Below, piece after piece: positions 30,982 to 44,075 of a stretch of 64,000 bases of DNA. Source of the stretch: Escherichia phage HY03; the sequence record NC_031047.1, one strand, 5' to 3'. The position numbers were made by a program, and so were the translations under genes. The stretch's first letter is position 1, and each line of letters begins with the position of its first letter. The notes beneath the pieces were generated by a model. That model saw only the letters and a list, made by a program, of their open reading frames with translations, had not been told where the DNA came from and ran no database searches.

Positions 30982-31638
30982 TTAATAATAGCCGAAATCT
31001 TGAACAGAATCCTTAATAACAATTTGATCAAATCGTGGAACATGTGAGGGTTGAGATGCAGGATTCTGTGAAAAAAGGTTTGGCGCAGTTAAATTTCCTG
31101 TCATAGTATCTCCAGAGCGTAATACTCTAGAGTTTGCGTTTGCTGTAACAATATTTATTGCTCCATCAACATAATCTTTCCGTGTAAGGTCATAATTATT
31201 TACTGGTGATAATGAAGTTGCGCGTATTTGTGATGCCTCAATTACACCCTTTGAGCTAATATCTCCATTTCGCGTGTTAATTACTACAGTTCTACCCGCT
31301 GAACCCTGTGATGATTTAAAACCAATACCATACCACGAAACAATATCCATATTTGTAGTATCATACGTGGCATTATCACCAGGACCAGCAAAAATACCAT
31401 TGTCACCTGACCCTGCACCAGGAACAGTCATTCCTTTATTAAAAATTACTTTATTTAAATATGTACCACCATTAGCTTTAGAAACGAAATCGTTATCAGT
31501 TGCCTGTGGTTTATTATATTCTGAATATATTTTAAATGATTTATAGAGTACATCGTCACCGGCTGGATTCAATGGAAAATTTCCTTGATGCCAAATGACA
31601 GAGCCTCCAGTTGTTGAACCTACTTTTAAATCAGCCAT
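30982..31638 (-). CDS. 36: gp36 long tail fibre hinge connector
   Basis: 218 aa, MADLKVGSTTGGSVIWHQGNFPLNPAGDDVLYKSFKIYSEYN... Confidence 0.9.
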   Translation of the reverse strand: MADLKVGSTTGGSVIWHQGNFPLNPAGDDVLYKSFKIYSEYNKPQATDNDFVSKANGGTYLNKVIFNKGMTVPGAGSGDNGIFAGPGDNATYDTTNMDIVSWYGIGFKSSQGSAGRTVVINTRNGDISSKGVIEASQIRATSLSPVNNYDLTRKDYVDGAINIVTANANSRVLRSGDTMTGNLTAPNLFSQNPASQPSHVPRFDQIVIKDSVQDFGYY

Positions 31639-31661
31639 TGTATGCCCCTTTATTTTAATAG

Positions 31662-31669
31662 TATTTATA
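31662..31669 (-). promoter_or_regulatory. late promoter TATAAATA for gene 36
   Basis: Reverse complement of tatttata at 31662..31669, about 24 nt upstream of the gene 36 ATG. Confidence 0.7.
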
Positions 31670-31676
31670 AAGAAAA

Positions 31677-31696
31677 AGGGAACCCGAAGGCTCCCT
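31677..31696 (-). terminator. hairpin (UUCG loop) plus U run after gene 35 on the late strand
   Basis: AGGGAGCC-UUCG-GGUUCCCU on the - strand followed by UUUUUCUUU. Confidence 0.55.
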
Positions 31697-31700
31697 CAAT

Positions 31701-32816
31701 TTAAACTTCTCTAAATTCTTGTCCAAACACTTTACCAGTTTTAGACGATGCTTGCGTAGGAAGTACCATTATATCCGGAGGTGAAGCAGATTCACAGACA
31801 TAATTAACTCGAATACCATTGACGCCAAACTCAGCAGGTTTTGAAATTCCGCCATTTCTTGATACTTCAGAAAAGCTTAAATTTCTCATGCCGCCTTGAC
31901 CAGCTTGAGCAGTTCTTTGTGCATATATCGTAAATCCTACTGCATTTTCAGGAACAACTACATAGTCTTCCTTTAATTCCCATGACTCAGCTTGTCCAGT
32001 AAACTCAGCATGTGTTGAAGAAATATATCCATTCGATTCATCATAAAAACGGATAGATATATTTGTAGTTCCAAGCGCAAGTAAATCGGCATCAGCATAT
32101 AACTGTGCTTTAAGATAAAGAACATCGCCAGGAATTAAATTATAATCAGATAATTTACTTATCGCGGATGAAGTTGGTAAACGCGCAATTTCGTTATTAG
32201 TTCCACCAACCGCTGACATAAACTGCTCAACGCTTTCATATGTTCTTCTTGGAAACCCGGTAGCTCCTACATCTTCTAAACTGTCAAATACAACATCCAA
32301 AATAGTTTGATAATCATCTGTGCTTTTTCTATTACTCAGTTTAACATGCTCTAATGCGATAGCTCTTTTAGAAGAAGTATAAAAAGCAGCATATGATACG
32401 TCGAATCTTGACAATATAGAATCAGATGGAAAAGCAGACGTTCCTGCTCCCCTTAACCAAGATACTACTTCAGGAGGAAAATTAACCTTTCCGCTAGTTA
32501 ATATAGCAACAAGTCTATTGCTTGAAATAGAATTCATGAAACTAACAAAAGCAGCTGATGTAGTATCATTTGAAGTCGAAAAAGCATATGACTTACTATC
32601 AACTAATGCTCCGGTGGAAGGGTCAAAAACTCTTAAATGAAGTCCTGCGCTAAATGTTTGACTTCCGACAGGATTATCCTGAAATTTAACGTATGGTCCT
32701 GCTGTAGAAAGCGGGCAAGAACCCGCTATGCTTATTTTATATCTTACTGAATTGCTTTCCGATAAAAATGGCGTTTGGACATATCCTTGTCCAAACTCTG
32801 CCATAAATTTTTCCAT
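31701..32816 (-). CDS. 35: gp35 long tail fibre hinge protein
   Basis: 371-aa ORF between 34 and 36. Confidence 0.9.
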   Translation of the reverse strand: MEKFMAEFGQGYVQTPFLSESNSVRYKISIAGSCPLSTAGPYVKFQDNPVGSQTFSAGLHLRVFDPSTGALVDSKSYAFSTSNDTTSAAFVSFMNSISSNRLVAILTSGKVNFPPEVVSWLRGAGTSAFPSDSILSRFDVSYAAFYTSSKRAIALEHVKLSNRKSTDDYQTILDVVFDSLEDVGATGFPRRTYESVEQFMSAVGGTNNEIARLPTSSAISKLSDYNLIPGDVLYLKAQLYADADLLALGTTNISIRFYDESNGYISSTHAEFTGQAESWELKEDYVVVPENAVGFTIYAQRTAQAGQGGMRNLSFSEVSRNGGISKPAEFGVNGIRVNYVCESASPPDIMVLPTQASSKTGKVFGQEFREV

Positions 32817-32824
32817 AATACCTC

Positions 32825-35800
32825 TTATTCAACCCATTCAAATTTAACCGTTTTATTCACTGGGTCAGGAATAATGCGAACATTACCAATTCGTAAGAAA
32901 TCACGAATAGTAAGATTACCCATTATAGCATTATCAGATGGTAAAGCACCGATATCAGATGGTTGTGGAGGGTTACCTCCATCAAATACCTGAACAAAAC
33001 TTGACCAAGAGTTTTTGGTTTTCTGCCATGTACGTGTCCAGCGAGTGGTACGCGCTTCTGGCGTCGTTGGATAAGTAATCCAATCTTGGTAAAGCGAATC
33101 AAGTGTATTACCAAACTGAGTCAATGTACCAGGAGATTTAACCTCTTCACCACGTTCTAAGTATGGAAGTCCAGTCACTTCATTAGTTTTTTCAACCATT
33201 TTAAAATAACCCGGGAACTGGTTATAAGTGGCTGAATCGTTAATATCAATTGACCAGAATCCTACAGTTTCAGATGTTGGTGCACGGGTGTATAAATCAG
33301 ATGTTTTAGTACCCTGAGAACGAATTCTCGAGTTAACAGTCAAACCGCCTGAATTTATAGTAGCACCTTTGGCAATGATTAAGCTTTCACCAATTGTAAC
33401 CTGACCAGATTGATTATTAATTGATAATGGACGTAATCCATTAAATCCACCAGTCTGATCGCCAGATGCAGTAAGCATAAAATAGGTGTTAGCAGCATCA
33501 TTACGAATAAAGAATCCATAATCACCGTTTATTGCTCTAAAAGCATTCGACGATTTACTGATAAATTCGCCATTAGCAGTAACTGAACTACCGAATGTTG
33601 CAACGCCATTCGCATTCAATGTTCCTGAAGCATTCACATTTATCGGTGTTACTGTACCATTGATATTAAATGTTATATTACCAGCTTTATTGCGCTGAGA
33701 ATAAAAGTGACTAGACGTTTCATCACTAACTTCAAATACGGTAGAACGTGTTGTGTCCGATTCACCACTGAATTGATTTCCCCACACTCTGACTGTCATC
33801 GTTTGAGCCGGATTCGTTCCAGTTTGAGGTCCTTTCTCAAAAATCAGACGAGTTGCTGTTCCAGTATTAGAAATGGTTAGTGTACTATTTGCTGAAACTG
33901 ATCCACCGAACGTAGCAGTACTAGATGATACAAGAGGGGCACTCAGATTCGTTTGTTGGGTTAAGGTTAGTGAACCATTAACCGTTTGTGCAATATCCCT
34001 ACGAATGAACTGAGATGAATCTAGACCATCCAGTAAATTACTATCTACAGCTTTTGCTTTTAACGGCAAATAATTTGCTAATACACGGTTTAATTCATAT
34101 GGTGATACTGCATAGCTATTTTTCTCATACAGTTCTAAATCTTGGGTAGAACCGACTGTATCATTACCAACGAATGTAATTGAACCAGATGAAGTTTTAA
34201 CAAAGCCCCTTATCGCAGTAGTCGCTGCCCAAGTAGGTTCACTCTGCGCAATCCATTTTAAATTTTTTGGAGATACAGCAGTATTTGCTGATGTTCCAGT
34301 CACAGTTTCAGACTGAGTTGCAACTTTAATAACACCTTCTTGCGCTTCAGTAGATTTAGTACCTAAAAGCTTTTTAGGAGTTATTAAAACATTATCTAAT
34401 GTTCCTGCAGCAGCTTCGACCTGTGTAGCTACACGAAGTGTACCACGTTGTGTCTCATTTGCTTCAAGAATATTAAGGGTATAATGGTCCCAGAGAGTTC
34501 CTGATTCAACTAATCCAGATAGAGCAACAACAGAAGTACGATCAGTACTGTTAAATCTAGTTTTAATTTTTAATGGTGTAGAGATACGAGTATCGTCGAC
34601 GCCTGCGTCGAATTCAACTTGCGTAGCAATTTCAGCTATACCACTTAAACTTTCAGTTGCTCTACGGTCATTTAAAGTTTTAGGAGTGACTGCACGAGTA
34701 TAATCAGTTCCTGTATTAACTTCACTTTGCGTAGCAATTTCAATTAAACCAATTCTTGCATCAGTTGATGTCTTTTTATGTAACGTTTCTGGCGTTACAA
34801 CCGCATTTGCCCATCCTTCTTGGCTTTGTCCAGCAATTACTTCACTTTCAACTGCTAAAATTACTGCACCTTGTTGCGTTGGAGTAGCTTTATACTGATC
34901 CAGTGCTTTAGGCGAAACAACTAAATTATTAGTATTTTTATTATAAACATTTGTACCATTTAATTCACGACTAGAGGCTGGAGTAGCACCTGCAGTAGAT
35001 ACAAAAGTTACAATACCAGATAATGACTCAGAACCTTGACGAGCTTGAAGCTTTTTAGGAGTGATGATTGTAGTATCATCAGTACCTGTATTAGTTTCCT
35101 GCTGCGTAGCAATTTCAGCAACACCTCTGCGAGTTTCTGTAGCAGTTCTTTCATTCAGCTTTTTAGGAGTGATGATAAGGTCATCAGCAAAAGAGAATGT
35201 AGTGTTCTGATTTACTTGAGCAGTAGTTGCTATTCTTGCGATACCTCTACGAGTTTCTGTAGCAGTACGGTTAGCTAATGTTTCTGGAGTAATTGCTAAT
35301 TCTTTTTGTGGAGAATTTTCTAAATCGACGTTAGCTTGGGCTTGTGTAGCTAAAGCAATTACGCCTAATCTTGCTCTAGTAGAATCATTTAAAGAGTCTA
35401 CTCTTTCAACTGTTGGAACGTTTTGTTGTACAACCCAATATTTTCCATCAGAATCTTCTATATAAGCAAGCTGTAAAACTGGAACATAATTAGTTTCGCC
35501 GTTAAAAACTAATTCTTGAACAGTCACCCATTCAGCTTCAGGTGGATATTCTGAGCGTTTTGGGAATTGCAGCAATTGAACTGAAGAAGCAATTTTATCT
35601 TCACCGGCAGCTTTGATTTTAACTGTTTGGCCTTTTCTCATGTAATTCATGGAAATTTTAACAGTATCACCAACAGAAATATCAGTCGGAAGCTGAAGTT
35701 CAATTGTCTGAGCTGTTCCGTTATTCGCACCAAATACCATAACTTCTTCATTTGGACGAATATTAGAATTAGTCGTTATAATGCGTAAACGCGCTTTACT

Positions 35801-36694
35801 ATCCCCGTCAAACAATCTCCACAATTTCTCATTATCATCAAACATTAAGAAACCGTCAATCGTTGTACGGCCTTCAATGGAATGAGTTCCAACTTCTTGT
35901 ATTGAAGTCGTTTCATCGTATGTAGTAACAATTGTATGATAAAGCGGATTTAGTTTATCTAAATCGACGAAATTAATAATATCGCCATGATTAGCAAATC
36001 TTGGAAGTTTAACATTAATTGGTGCAGCAGAAGTAAATCTACGTACGATAAAATCGTTTGATTGCGCTTGATAGAGACTCGCAGGCGTTACAACTACAGC
36101 TTCTCTACTATAATCAGCGACATACATTTGCCACAGACGATTACTAAAAATTAAAACTAGCTGTGACTTTGGATGAGTCATTAGTACTGAACGTACCTGT
36201 TCACCTCTAAAGTTTACAATACTTTGCACTGGAGCTACAATTAAAACTTGGTTAACACCAGGTTTTCCTCCAATGTCTTGGAGAACGATAGTATCTCCAT
36301 CAATTGGGGAAGATGGTAAAGTAAATGTAATGTCATTACCAGCTGCAGTATCAACTGAAATTGATTCGCCTGACTTTAATTGATAAGGTCCTGATGAAAC
36401 AGTTGTCCAATTAGCATCAGTACGTAATGCTCTCCAACGTACGCTATTAAAAGCTCCTGCTGGTTTTGGAATATCATTTATAGCAGCCCAAAAGCGGTTA
36501 TCATAAATGATTACAAAATCTTTTAAATATCCACGAGTTGGATCATATTGTTGAACTGTGTTTTCTTGAATTAAGTAATCAACGTTAACACCGTCAGTTC
36601 CTACGGTACGATCAGCTAAAGCTACGTTGATTATTTTATCGCCACCTGCGTCCAGACCGTCTTCTGCTCTGAACTTTCTTTTAATCTCGGCCAT
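32825..36694 (-). CDS. 34: gp34 long tail fibre proximal subunit
   Basis: 1289 aa, same length as recalled T4 gp34. Confidence 0.93.
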   Translation of the reverse strand: MAEIKRKFRAEDGLDAGGDKIINVALADRTVGTDGVNVDYLIQENTVQQYDPTRGYLKDFVIIYDNRFWAAINDIPKPAGAFNSVRWRALRTDANWTTVSSGPYQLKSGESISVDTAAGNDITFTLPSSPIDGDTIVLQDIGGKPGVNQVLIVAPVQSIVNFRGEQVRSVLMTHPKSQLVLIFSNRLWQMYVADYSREAVVVTPASLYQAQSNDFIVRRFTSAAPINVKLPRFANHGDIINFVDLDKLNPLYHTIVTTYDETTSIQEVGTHSIEGRTTIDGFLMFDDNEKLWRLFDGDSKARLRIITTNSNIRPNEEVMVFGANNGTAQTIELQLPTDISVGDTVKISMNYMRKGQTVKIKAAGEDKIASSVQLLQFPKRSEYPPEAEWVTVQELVFNGETNYVPVLQLAYIEDSDGKYWVVQQNVPTVERVDSLNDSTRARLGVIALATQAQANVDLENSPQKELAITPETLANRTATETRRGIARIATTAQVNQNTTFSFADDLIITPKKLNERTATETRRGVAEIATQQETNTGTDDTTIITPKKLQARQGSESLSGIVTFVSTAGATPASSRELNGTNVYNKNTNNLVVSPKALDQYKATPTQQGAVILAVESEVIAGQSQEGWANAVVTPETLHKKTSTDARIGLIEIATQSEVNTGTDYTRAVTPKTLNDRRATESLSGIAEIATQVEFDAGVDDTRISTPLKIKTRFNSTDRTSVVALSGLVESGTLWDHYTLNILEANETQRGTLRVATQVEAAAGTLDNVLITPKKLLGTKSTEAQEGVIKVATQSETVTGTSANTAVSPKNLKWIAQSEPTWAATTAIRGFVKTSSGSITFVGNDTVGSTQDLELYEKNSYAVSPYELNRVLANYLPLKAKAVDSNLLDGLDSSQFIRRDIAQTVNGSLTLTQQTNLSAPLVSSSTATFGGSVSANSTLTISNTGTATRLIFEKGPQTGTNPAQTMTVRVWGNQFSGESDTTRSTVFEVSDETSSHFYSQRNKAGNITFNINGTVTPINVNASGTLNANGVATFGSSVTANGEFISKSSNAFRAINGDYGFFIRNDAANTYFMLTASGDQTGGFNGLRPLSINNQSGQVTIGESLIIAKGATINSGGLTVNSRIRSQGTKTSDLYTRAPTSETVGFWSIDINDSATYNQFPGYFKMVEKTNEVTGLPYLERGEEVKSPGTLTQFGNTLDSLYQDWITYPTTPEARTTRWTRTWQKTKNSWSSFVQVFDGGNPPQPSDIGALPSDNAIMGNLTIRDFLRIGNVRIIPDPVNKTVKFEWVE

Positions 36695-36728
36695 TCTCCC
36701 GGGCTCCTATTGTGTTTTCAATAATAAG

Positions 36729-36736
36729 TATTTATA
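36729..36736 (-). promoter_or_regulatory. late promoter TATAAATA for gene 34
   Basis: Reverse complement of tatttata, about 35 nt upstream of the gene 34 ATG. Confidence 0.75.
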
Positions 36737-36739
36737 CTT

Positions 36740-36769
36740 GTTTACTTTAAGATTTGGATAGTATATAAT
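36740..36769 (+). promoter_or_regulatory. T4-type early promoter upstream of rnh
   Basis: GTTTAC 36740..36745, TATAAT 36764..36769. Confidence 0.7.
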
Positions 36770-36798
36770 AGAAATCTCACTAATTGAACGAGGTTCAT

Positions 36799-37716
36799 AT
36801 GGATTTAGAAATGATGCTGGATGAAGATTACAAAGAAGGAATCTGCTTAATTGACTTTAGTCAAATTGCGCTTTCAACTGCTTTGGTAAACTTTCCAGAT
36901 AAAGAAAAAATTAATTTATCAATGGTTCGTCATTTGATATTGAACTCAATTAAGTTTAATGTCAAAAAAGCAAAAACGCTTGGATACACTAAAATTGTAC
37001 TGTGTATTGATAACGCGAAATCTGGATACTGGCGTCGTGATTTTGCTTATTATTATAAGAAAAACCGTGGAAAAGCACGAGAAGAATCTACTTGGGACTG
37101 GGAAGGTTATTTTGAATCCAGCCATAAAGTTATAGATGAATTGAAAGCTTATATGCCATACATCGTTATGGATATTGATAAGTATGAAGCAGATGACCAT
37201 ATTGCTGTTCTTGTTAAAAAGTTCTCTTTAGAAGGACATAAGATTTTAATCATTTCGTCGGATGGTGACTTTACCCAACTTCACAAATATCCAAATGTTA
37301 AGCAATGGTCACCGATGCACAAGAAATGGGTTAAAATTAAAAGCGGTTCTGCTGAAATTGACTGTATGACTAAAATCCTTAAAGGCGACAAAAAGGATAA
37401 CGTTGCTTCAGTTAAAGTACGATCTGACTTTTGGTTTACCAGAGTTGAAGGTGAACGAACTCCTTCAATGAAAACCTCTATTGTTGAAGCTATTGCTAAT
37501 GACCGTGAGCAAGCTAAGGTGCTTCTCACCGAATCTGAATATAATCGATACAAAGAAAATTTAGTTCTAATTGATTTTGATTATATTCCTGATAATATTG
37601 CTTCAAACATTGTGAATTACTATAATTCATATAAATTACCACCGCGTGGCAAAATTTATTCATATTTTGTAAAAGCGGGTCTTTCTAAATTAACTAATAG
37701 CATTAATGAATTTTGA
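36799..37716 (+). CDS. rnh: RNase H (5'-3' exonuclease, FEN-1 family)
   Basis: 305 aa from ATG 36799 (MDLEMMLDEDYKEG...); ORF-track start 36784 is TTG. Confidence 0.9.
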   Translation: MDLEMMLDEDYKEGICLIDFSQIALSTALVNFPDKEKINLSMVRHLILNSIKFNVKKAKTLGYTKIVLCIDNAKSGYWRRDFAYYYKKNRGKAREESTWDWEGYFESSHKVIDELKAYMPYIVMDIDKYEADDHIAVLVKKFSLEGHKILIISSDGDFTQLHKYPNVKQWSPMHKKWVKIKSGSAEIDCMTKILKGDKKDNVASVKVRSDFWFTRVEGERTPSMKTSIVEAIANDREQAKVLLTESEYNRYKENLVLIDFDYIPDNIASNIVNYYNSYKLPPRGKIYSYFVKAGLSKLTNSINEF

Positions 37717-37724
37717 GGTGAATA

Positions 37725-37994
37725 ATGGCTAAAAAAGAAATGGTTGAATTTGATGAAGCTATCCATGGCGAAGACTTGGCTAAATTTATTAAAGAAGCAT
37801 CTGATCATAAACTGAAAATTTCCGGTTATAATGAACTGATTAAAGATATTCGAATTCGTGCCAAAGATGAACTTGGTGTTGATGGTAAGATGTTTAATCG
37901 TCTATTAGCTTTGTATCATAAAGATAATCGTGATGTGTTTGAAGCTGAAACTGAAGAGGTAGTTGAACTTTATGACACAGTTTTCTCTAAATGA
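37725..37994 (+). CDS. dsbA: DsbA double-stranded DNA-binding protein
   Basis: 89-aa ORF at the T4 dsbA position. Confidence 0.85.
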   Translation: MAKKEMVEFDEAIHGEDLAKFIKEASDHKLKISGYNELIKDIRIRAKDELGVDGKMFNRLLALYHKDNRDVFEAETEEVVELYDTVFSK

Positions 37995-38310
37995 TATTCG
38001 CCCGGTCGATGAGGCCGGGCTTTCAGAAAAAGAACTTTCAATTAAGAAAGAAAAGGATGAAATTGCAAAGCTTCTTGACCGCCAAGAAAATGGATTTATT
38101 ATTGAAAAAATGGTAGAAGAGTTTGGAATGAGTTATCTTGAAGCTACAACAGCATTCTTAGAAGAAAATTCTATTCCTGAAACTCAATTTGCTAAATTTA
38201 TTCCTTCGGGTATAATTGAAAAAATTCAGTCAGAAGCTATCGACGAAAATCTTTTACGTCCTTCTGTTGTTCGTTGTGAAAAAACTAATACATTAGATTT
38301 TCTGCTATGA
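37972..38310 (+). CDS. 33: gp33 late transcription co-activator
   Basis: 112 aa from ATG 37972 (MTQFSLNDIRPVDEAGLSEKELS...). Confidence 0.9.
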   Translation: MTQFSLNDIRPVDEAGLSEKELSIKKEKDEIAKLLDRQENGFIIEKMVEEFGMSYLEATTAFLEENSIPETQFAKFIPSGIIEKIQSEAIDENLLRPSVVRCEKTNTLDFLL

Positions 38311-38960
38311 TTAAACTCCGCATGCCTGCTGGTGGTGAAAGATATATTGATGGTAAATCAGTTTATAAATTATACTTAATGATAAAACAACACATGAATG
38401 GAAAGTATGATGTAATTAAGTATAATTGGTGCATGCGGGTGTCTGATGCCGCTTATCAAAAGCGAAGGGATAAGTATTTTTTCCAGAAGTTATCAGAAAA
38501 ATATAAATTAAAGGAACTTGCTTTAATCTTTATAAGCAATCTTGTTGCTAACCAAGATGCTTGGATTGGTGACATCTCTGACGCTGATGCACTTGTGTTT
38601 TATCGTGAATATATCGGACGCTTAAAGCAAATTAAATTTAAGTTTGAAGAAGATATTCGCAACATTTATTATTTTAGTAAAAAAGTTGAAGTTTCTGCTT
38701 TTAAAGAAATCTTTGAGTATAATCCAAAAGTTCAGTCGAGTTATATTTTTAAACTACTTCAATCGAATATAATTTCGTTTGAGACGTTTATCTTGCTTGA
38801 TTCATTTTTAAATATAATTGATAAACACGATGAACAGACTGATAATTTAGTCTGGAATAATTATTCTATAAAGTTAAAGGCTTATAGAAAAATTTTAAAT
38901 ATTGATTCACAGGAAGCTAAAAAAGTTTTTATTGAAACTGTGAAATCTTGTAAGTATTAA
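38307..38960 (+). CDS. 59: gp59 helicase loader
   Basis: 217 aa; matches recalled T4 gp59. Confidence 0.93.
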   Translation: MIKLRMPAGGERYIDGKSVYKLYLMIKQHMNGKYDVIKYNWCMRVSDAAYQKRRDKYFFQKLSEKYKLKELALIFISNLVANQDAWIGDISDADALVFYREYIGRLKQIKFKFEEDIRNIYYFSKKVEVSAFKEIFEYNPKVQSSYIFKLLQSNIISFETFILLDSFLNIIDKHDEQTDNLVWNNYSIKLKAYRKILNIDSQEAKKVFIETVKSCKY

Positions 38961-38968
38961 TTGCTTAT

Positions 38969-38976
38969 TATAAATA
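38969..38976 (+). promoter_or_regulatory. late promoter TATAAATA upstream of gene 32
   Basis: Exact TATAAATA about 100 nt upstream of the gene 32 ATG. Confidence 0.6.
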
Positions 38977-38993
38977 GATTATAATTATCTCAC

Positions 38994-39073
38994 TGACCAG
39001 CTATGAGGTCATACATCGTCATAGCACCAACTGTTAATTAAATTAAATTAAATTAAATTAAAAGGAAATAAAA
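38994..39073 (+). promoter_or_regulatory. gene 32 autoregulatory translational operator (pseudoknot plus UUAAA repeats)
   Basis: TGACC/GGTCA and GCTATGA/TCATAGC interleaved stems 38994..39025; (TTAAA)x5 at about 39036..39062 just upstream of the SD. Confidence 0.8.
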
Positions 39074-39982
39074 ATGTTTAAACGTAAATCTACTGCTGAA
39101 CTCGCTGCACAAATGGCTAAACTGGCTGGAAATAAAGGTGGTTTTTCTTCTGAAGATAAAGGCGAGTGGAAACTGAAACTCGATAATGCGGGTAACGGTC
39201 AAGCAGTAATTCGTTTTCTTCCGTCTAAAAATGATGAACAGGCACCATTCGCAATTCTTGTAAATCACGGTTTCAAGAAAAACGGTAAATGGTATATTGA
39301 AACATGTTCATCTACCCACGGTGATTACGATTCTTGTCCAGTATGTCAGTACATCAGTAAAAATGATTTGTACAACACTGACAATAAAGAGTACAGTCTT
39401 GTTAAACGTAAAACTTCTTACTGGGCTAACATTCTTGTAGTAAAAGACCCAGCTGCTCCAGAAAACGAAGGTAAAGTATTTAAATACCGTTTCGGTAAGA
39501 AAATCTGGGATAAAATCAACGCGATGATTGCAGTTGATGTTGAAATGGGTGAAACTCCGGTTGATGTAACTTGTCCGTGGGAAGGTGCTAACTTTGTACT
39601 GAAAGTTAAACAAGTTTCTGGTTTTAGTAACTACGACGAATCTAAATTCCTGAATCAATCTGCGATTCCAAACATTGATGATGAATCTTTCCAGAAAGAA
39701 CTGTTCGAACAAATGGTTGACCTTTCTGAAATGACTTCTAAAGATAAATTCAAATCGTTTGAAGAACTGAGCACTAAGTTCAGTCAAGTTATGGGAACTG
39801 CTGCTATGGGTGGTGCCGCAGCAACTGCCGCTAAGAAAGCTGATAAAGTTGCTGATGATTTGGATGCATTCAATGTTGATGACTTCAAAACAAAAACTGA
39901 AGATGATTTTATGAGCTCAAGCTCTGGTAGTTCATCTAGTGCTGATGACACGGACCTGGATGACCTTTTGAATGACCTTTAA
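39074..39982 (+). CDS. 32: gp32 single-stranded DNA-binding protein
   Basis: 301 aa; matches recalled T4 gp32 including the acidic C-terminus. Confidence 0.97.
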   Translation: MFKRKSTAELAAQMAKLAGNKGGFSSEDKGEWKLKLDNAGNGQAVIRFLPSKNDEQAPFAILVNHGFKKNGKWYIETCSSTHGDYDSCPVCQYISKNDLYNTDNKEYSLVKRKTSYWANILVVKDPAAPENEGKVFKYRFGKKIWDKINAMIAVDVEMGETPVDVTCPWEGANFVLKVKQVSGFSNYDESKFLNQSAIPNIDDESFQKELFEQMVDLSEMTSKDKFKSFEELSTKFSQVMGTAAMGGAAATAAKKADKVADDLDAFNVDDFKTKTEDDFMSSSSGSSSSADDTDLDDLLNDL

Positions 39983-40004
39983 CAGATTATATTACTAATT
40001 AATT

Positions 40005-40030
40005 GGGGACCCTAGAGGTCCCCTTTTTTA
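40005..40030 (+). terminator. Rho-independent terminator after gene 32
   Basis: GGGGACC-CTAGA-GGTCCCC followed by TTTTTTAT. Confidence 0.85.
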
Positions 40031-40055
40031 TTTCAAAAATTTTTTTCACAAAACT

Positions 40056-40085
40056 GTTTACATCCTTGTCCTTCCATGGTACTAT
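40056..40085 (+). promoter_or_regulatory. T4-type early promoter
   Basis: GTTTAC 40056..40061, TACTAT 40080..40085. Confidence 0.7.
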
Positions 40086-40128
40086 ACAACTATCGGCAAT
40101 ACTGCTGATGATTAAAGAGGAAAATAAT

Positions 40129-40356
40129 ATGGCTAAAGTTGATATTGACATCGTTGATTTTGAATATATTGAAGAGATTATTCGTAATCGTTATCCTGAA
40201 CTTAGTACCACAAGCGTGCAAGATTCTAAGTTTTGGAGTATTCAAATCGTTATTAAAGGTCCTCTTGAAGACCTCACCCTCTTTATGGCTAATGAATATT
40301 GCGATGGCATGGATTCTGAAGACGCAGAATTTTACATGGGACTGATTGAACAATAA
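40129..40356 (+). CDS. hypothetical small acidic protein (frd.3 position)
   Basis: 75 aa from ATG 40129 (SD AAGAGGAAA); ORF-track start 40003 lies upstream of the promoter. Confidence 0.55.
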   Translation: MAKVDIDIVDFEYIEEIIRNRYPELSTTSVQDSKFWSIQIVIKGPLEDLTLFMANEYCDGMDSEDAEFYMGLIEQ

Positions 40357-40402
40357 TTATCAAGGGGCTATTTGATAGCCCCGTTAAAATGAGGAAATCA
40401 AA

Positions 40403-40789
40403 GTGGAAGTTGGAAAAACTTATATCATTAACCCTTTATTTAAAAATGACTTTGCTAACGAGTGCCGTTGCAATGTAATGATGCTAAATTTAATAGAGAA
40501 GCACGGACCTAGTTTTGTTGTAGATGAAATGGAAAGTGATGATTGTGCTGGTGAATGTGTGGTACGTGTAACTATGGAAGATGGTACTGAATACATGGCG
40601 GGTGGCCCACTTGAGACGTATTTTGAGATTTACTCTGAAGAATTCAAATACTTTACTGAGGTAACTTTAGAAAAGCCTCAATCCGCTAATGAAGGTATAG
40701 TTTCTGGCGTAACAAAAATTCACTGCATTGTTGACGAAAATAATGTAGACGAAATCATTGAACTTTTGCGAAAAACTTTTAAGGCCTAA
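40403..40789 (+). CDS. hypothetical protein (frd.2 position), GTG start
   Basis: 128-aa ORF, SD GAGGAAA before GTG. Confidence 0.5.
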   Translation: MEVGKTYIINPLFKNDFANECRCNVMMLNLIEKHGPSFVVDEMESDDCAGECVVRVTMEDGTEYMAGGPLETYFEIYSEEFKYFTEVTLEKPQSANEGIVSGVTKIHCIVDENNVDEIIELLRKTFKA

Positions 40790-40790
40790 T

Positions 40791-41051
40791 ATGACTAAAG
40801 ATGATTTCCTGGATGCGGTAGAAAAAGCTAGTGAGAAATTTGAAGTGATGGGTGTACGGGTCCATAAAGACAGAAATTACGGACTCGATATTCAAACGTA
40901 TTCGTTATGGCTTGTGGGTGAACACAGTCTTGTAACCAGTTTAGTTATGGGTGTCGATACCTATCCTCTATTAGTTAAGTTCAGAAGTATGGAAAAGGCT
41001 ACTAAAGAAATGATTAAGCTTGGTAAGTGGCTCGATAAAATTCAAAAATAA
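40791..41051 (+). CDS. hypothetical protein (frd.1 position)
   Basis: 86 aa from ATG 40791. Confidence 0.5.
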   Translation: MTKDDFLDAVEKASEKFEVMGVRVHKDRNYGLDIQTYSLWLVGEHSLVTSLVMGVDTYPLLVKFRSMEKATKEMIKLGKWLDKIQK

Positions 41052-41053
41052 TT

Positions 41054-41083
41054 GTTTACAGCAGGGTAGTAGTGTGATACTAT
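41054..41083 (+). promoter_or_regulatory. T4-type early promoter
   Basis: GTTTAC 41054..41059, TG-n-TACTAT 41078..41083. Confidence 0.7.
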
Positions 41084-41111
41084 TACCCTATCAACTACTG
41101 AGGAGAATAAA

Positions 41112-41354
41112 ATGAGATTACAACGCCAGAGCATCAAAGATTCAGAAGTTAGAGGTAAATGGTATTTTAATATCATCGGTAAAGATTCTGAACTTGTTGA
41201 AAAAGCTGAACATCTTTTACGTGATATGGGATGGGAAGATGAATGCGATGGATGTCCTCTTTATGAAGACGGAGAAAGCGCAGGATTCTGGATTTACCAT
41301 TCTGACGTTGAACAGTTTAAAGCTGATTGGAAAATTGTGAAAAAGTCTGTTTAA
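41112..41354 (+). CDS. hypothetical small protein
   Basis: 80-aa ORF, SD GAGGAGAA. Confidence 0.5.
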   Translation: MRLQRQSIKDSEVRGKWYFNIIGKDSELVEKAEHLLRDMGWEDECDGCPLYEDGESAGFWIYHSDVEQFKADWKIVKKSV

Positions 41355-41364
41355 GGAAAATAAT

Positions 41365-44064
<2,700 letters not shown>

Positions 44065-44075
44065 TTTTAATTTAA

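Noticed and set aside
27821-36694. Plus-strand ORFs inside the tail-fibre genes (e.g. 28268..28621, 28794..28994, 29567..29801, 30831..31016, 31274..31546, 32775..32993, 35036..35278)
   Set aside because: Antisense to the long, well-supported gp34-gp37 reading frames; no translation signals.
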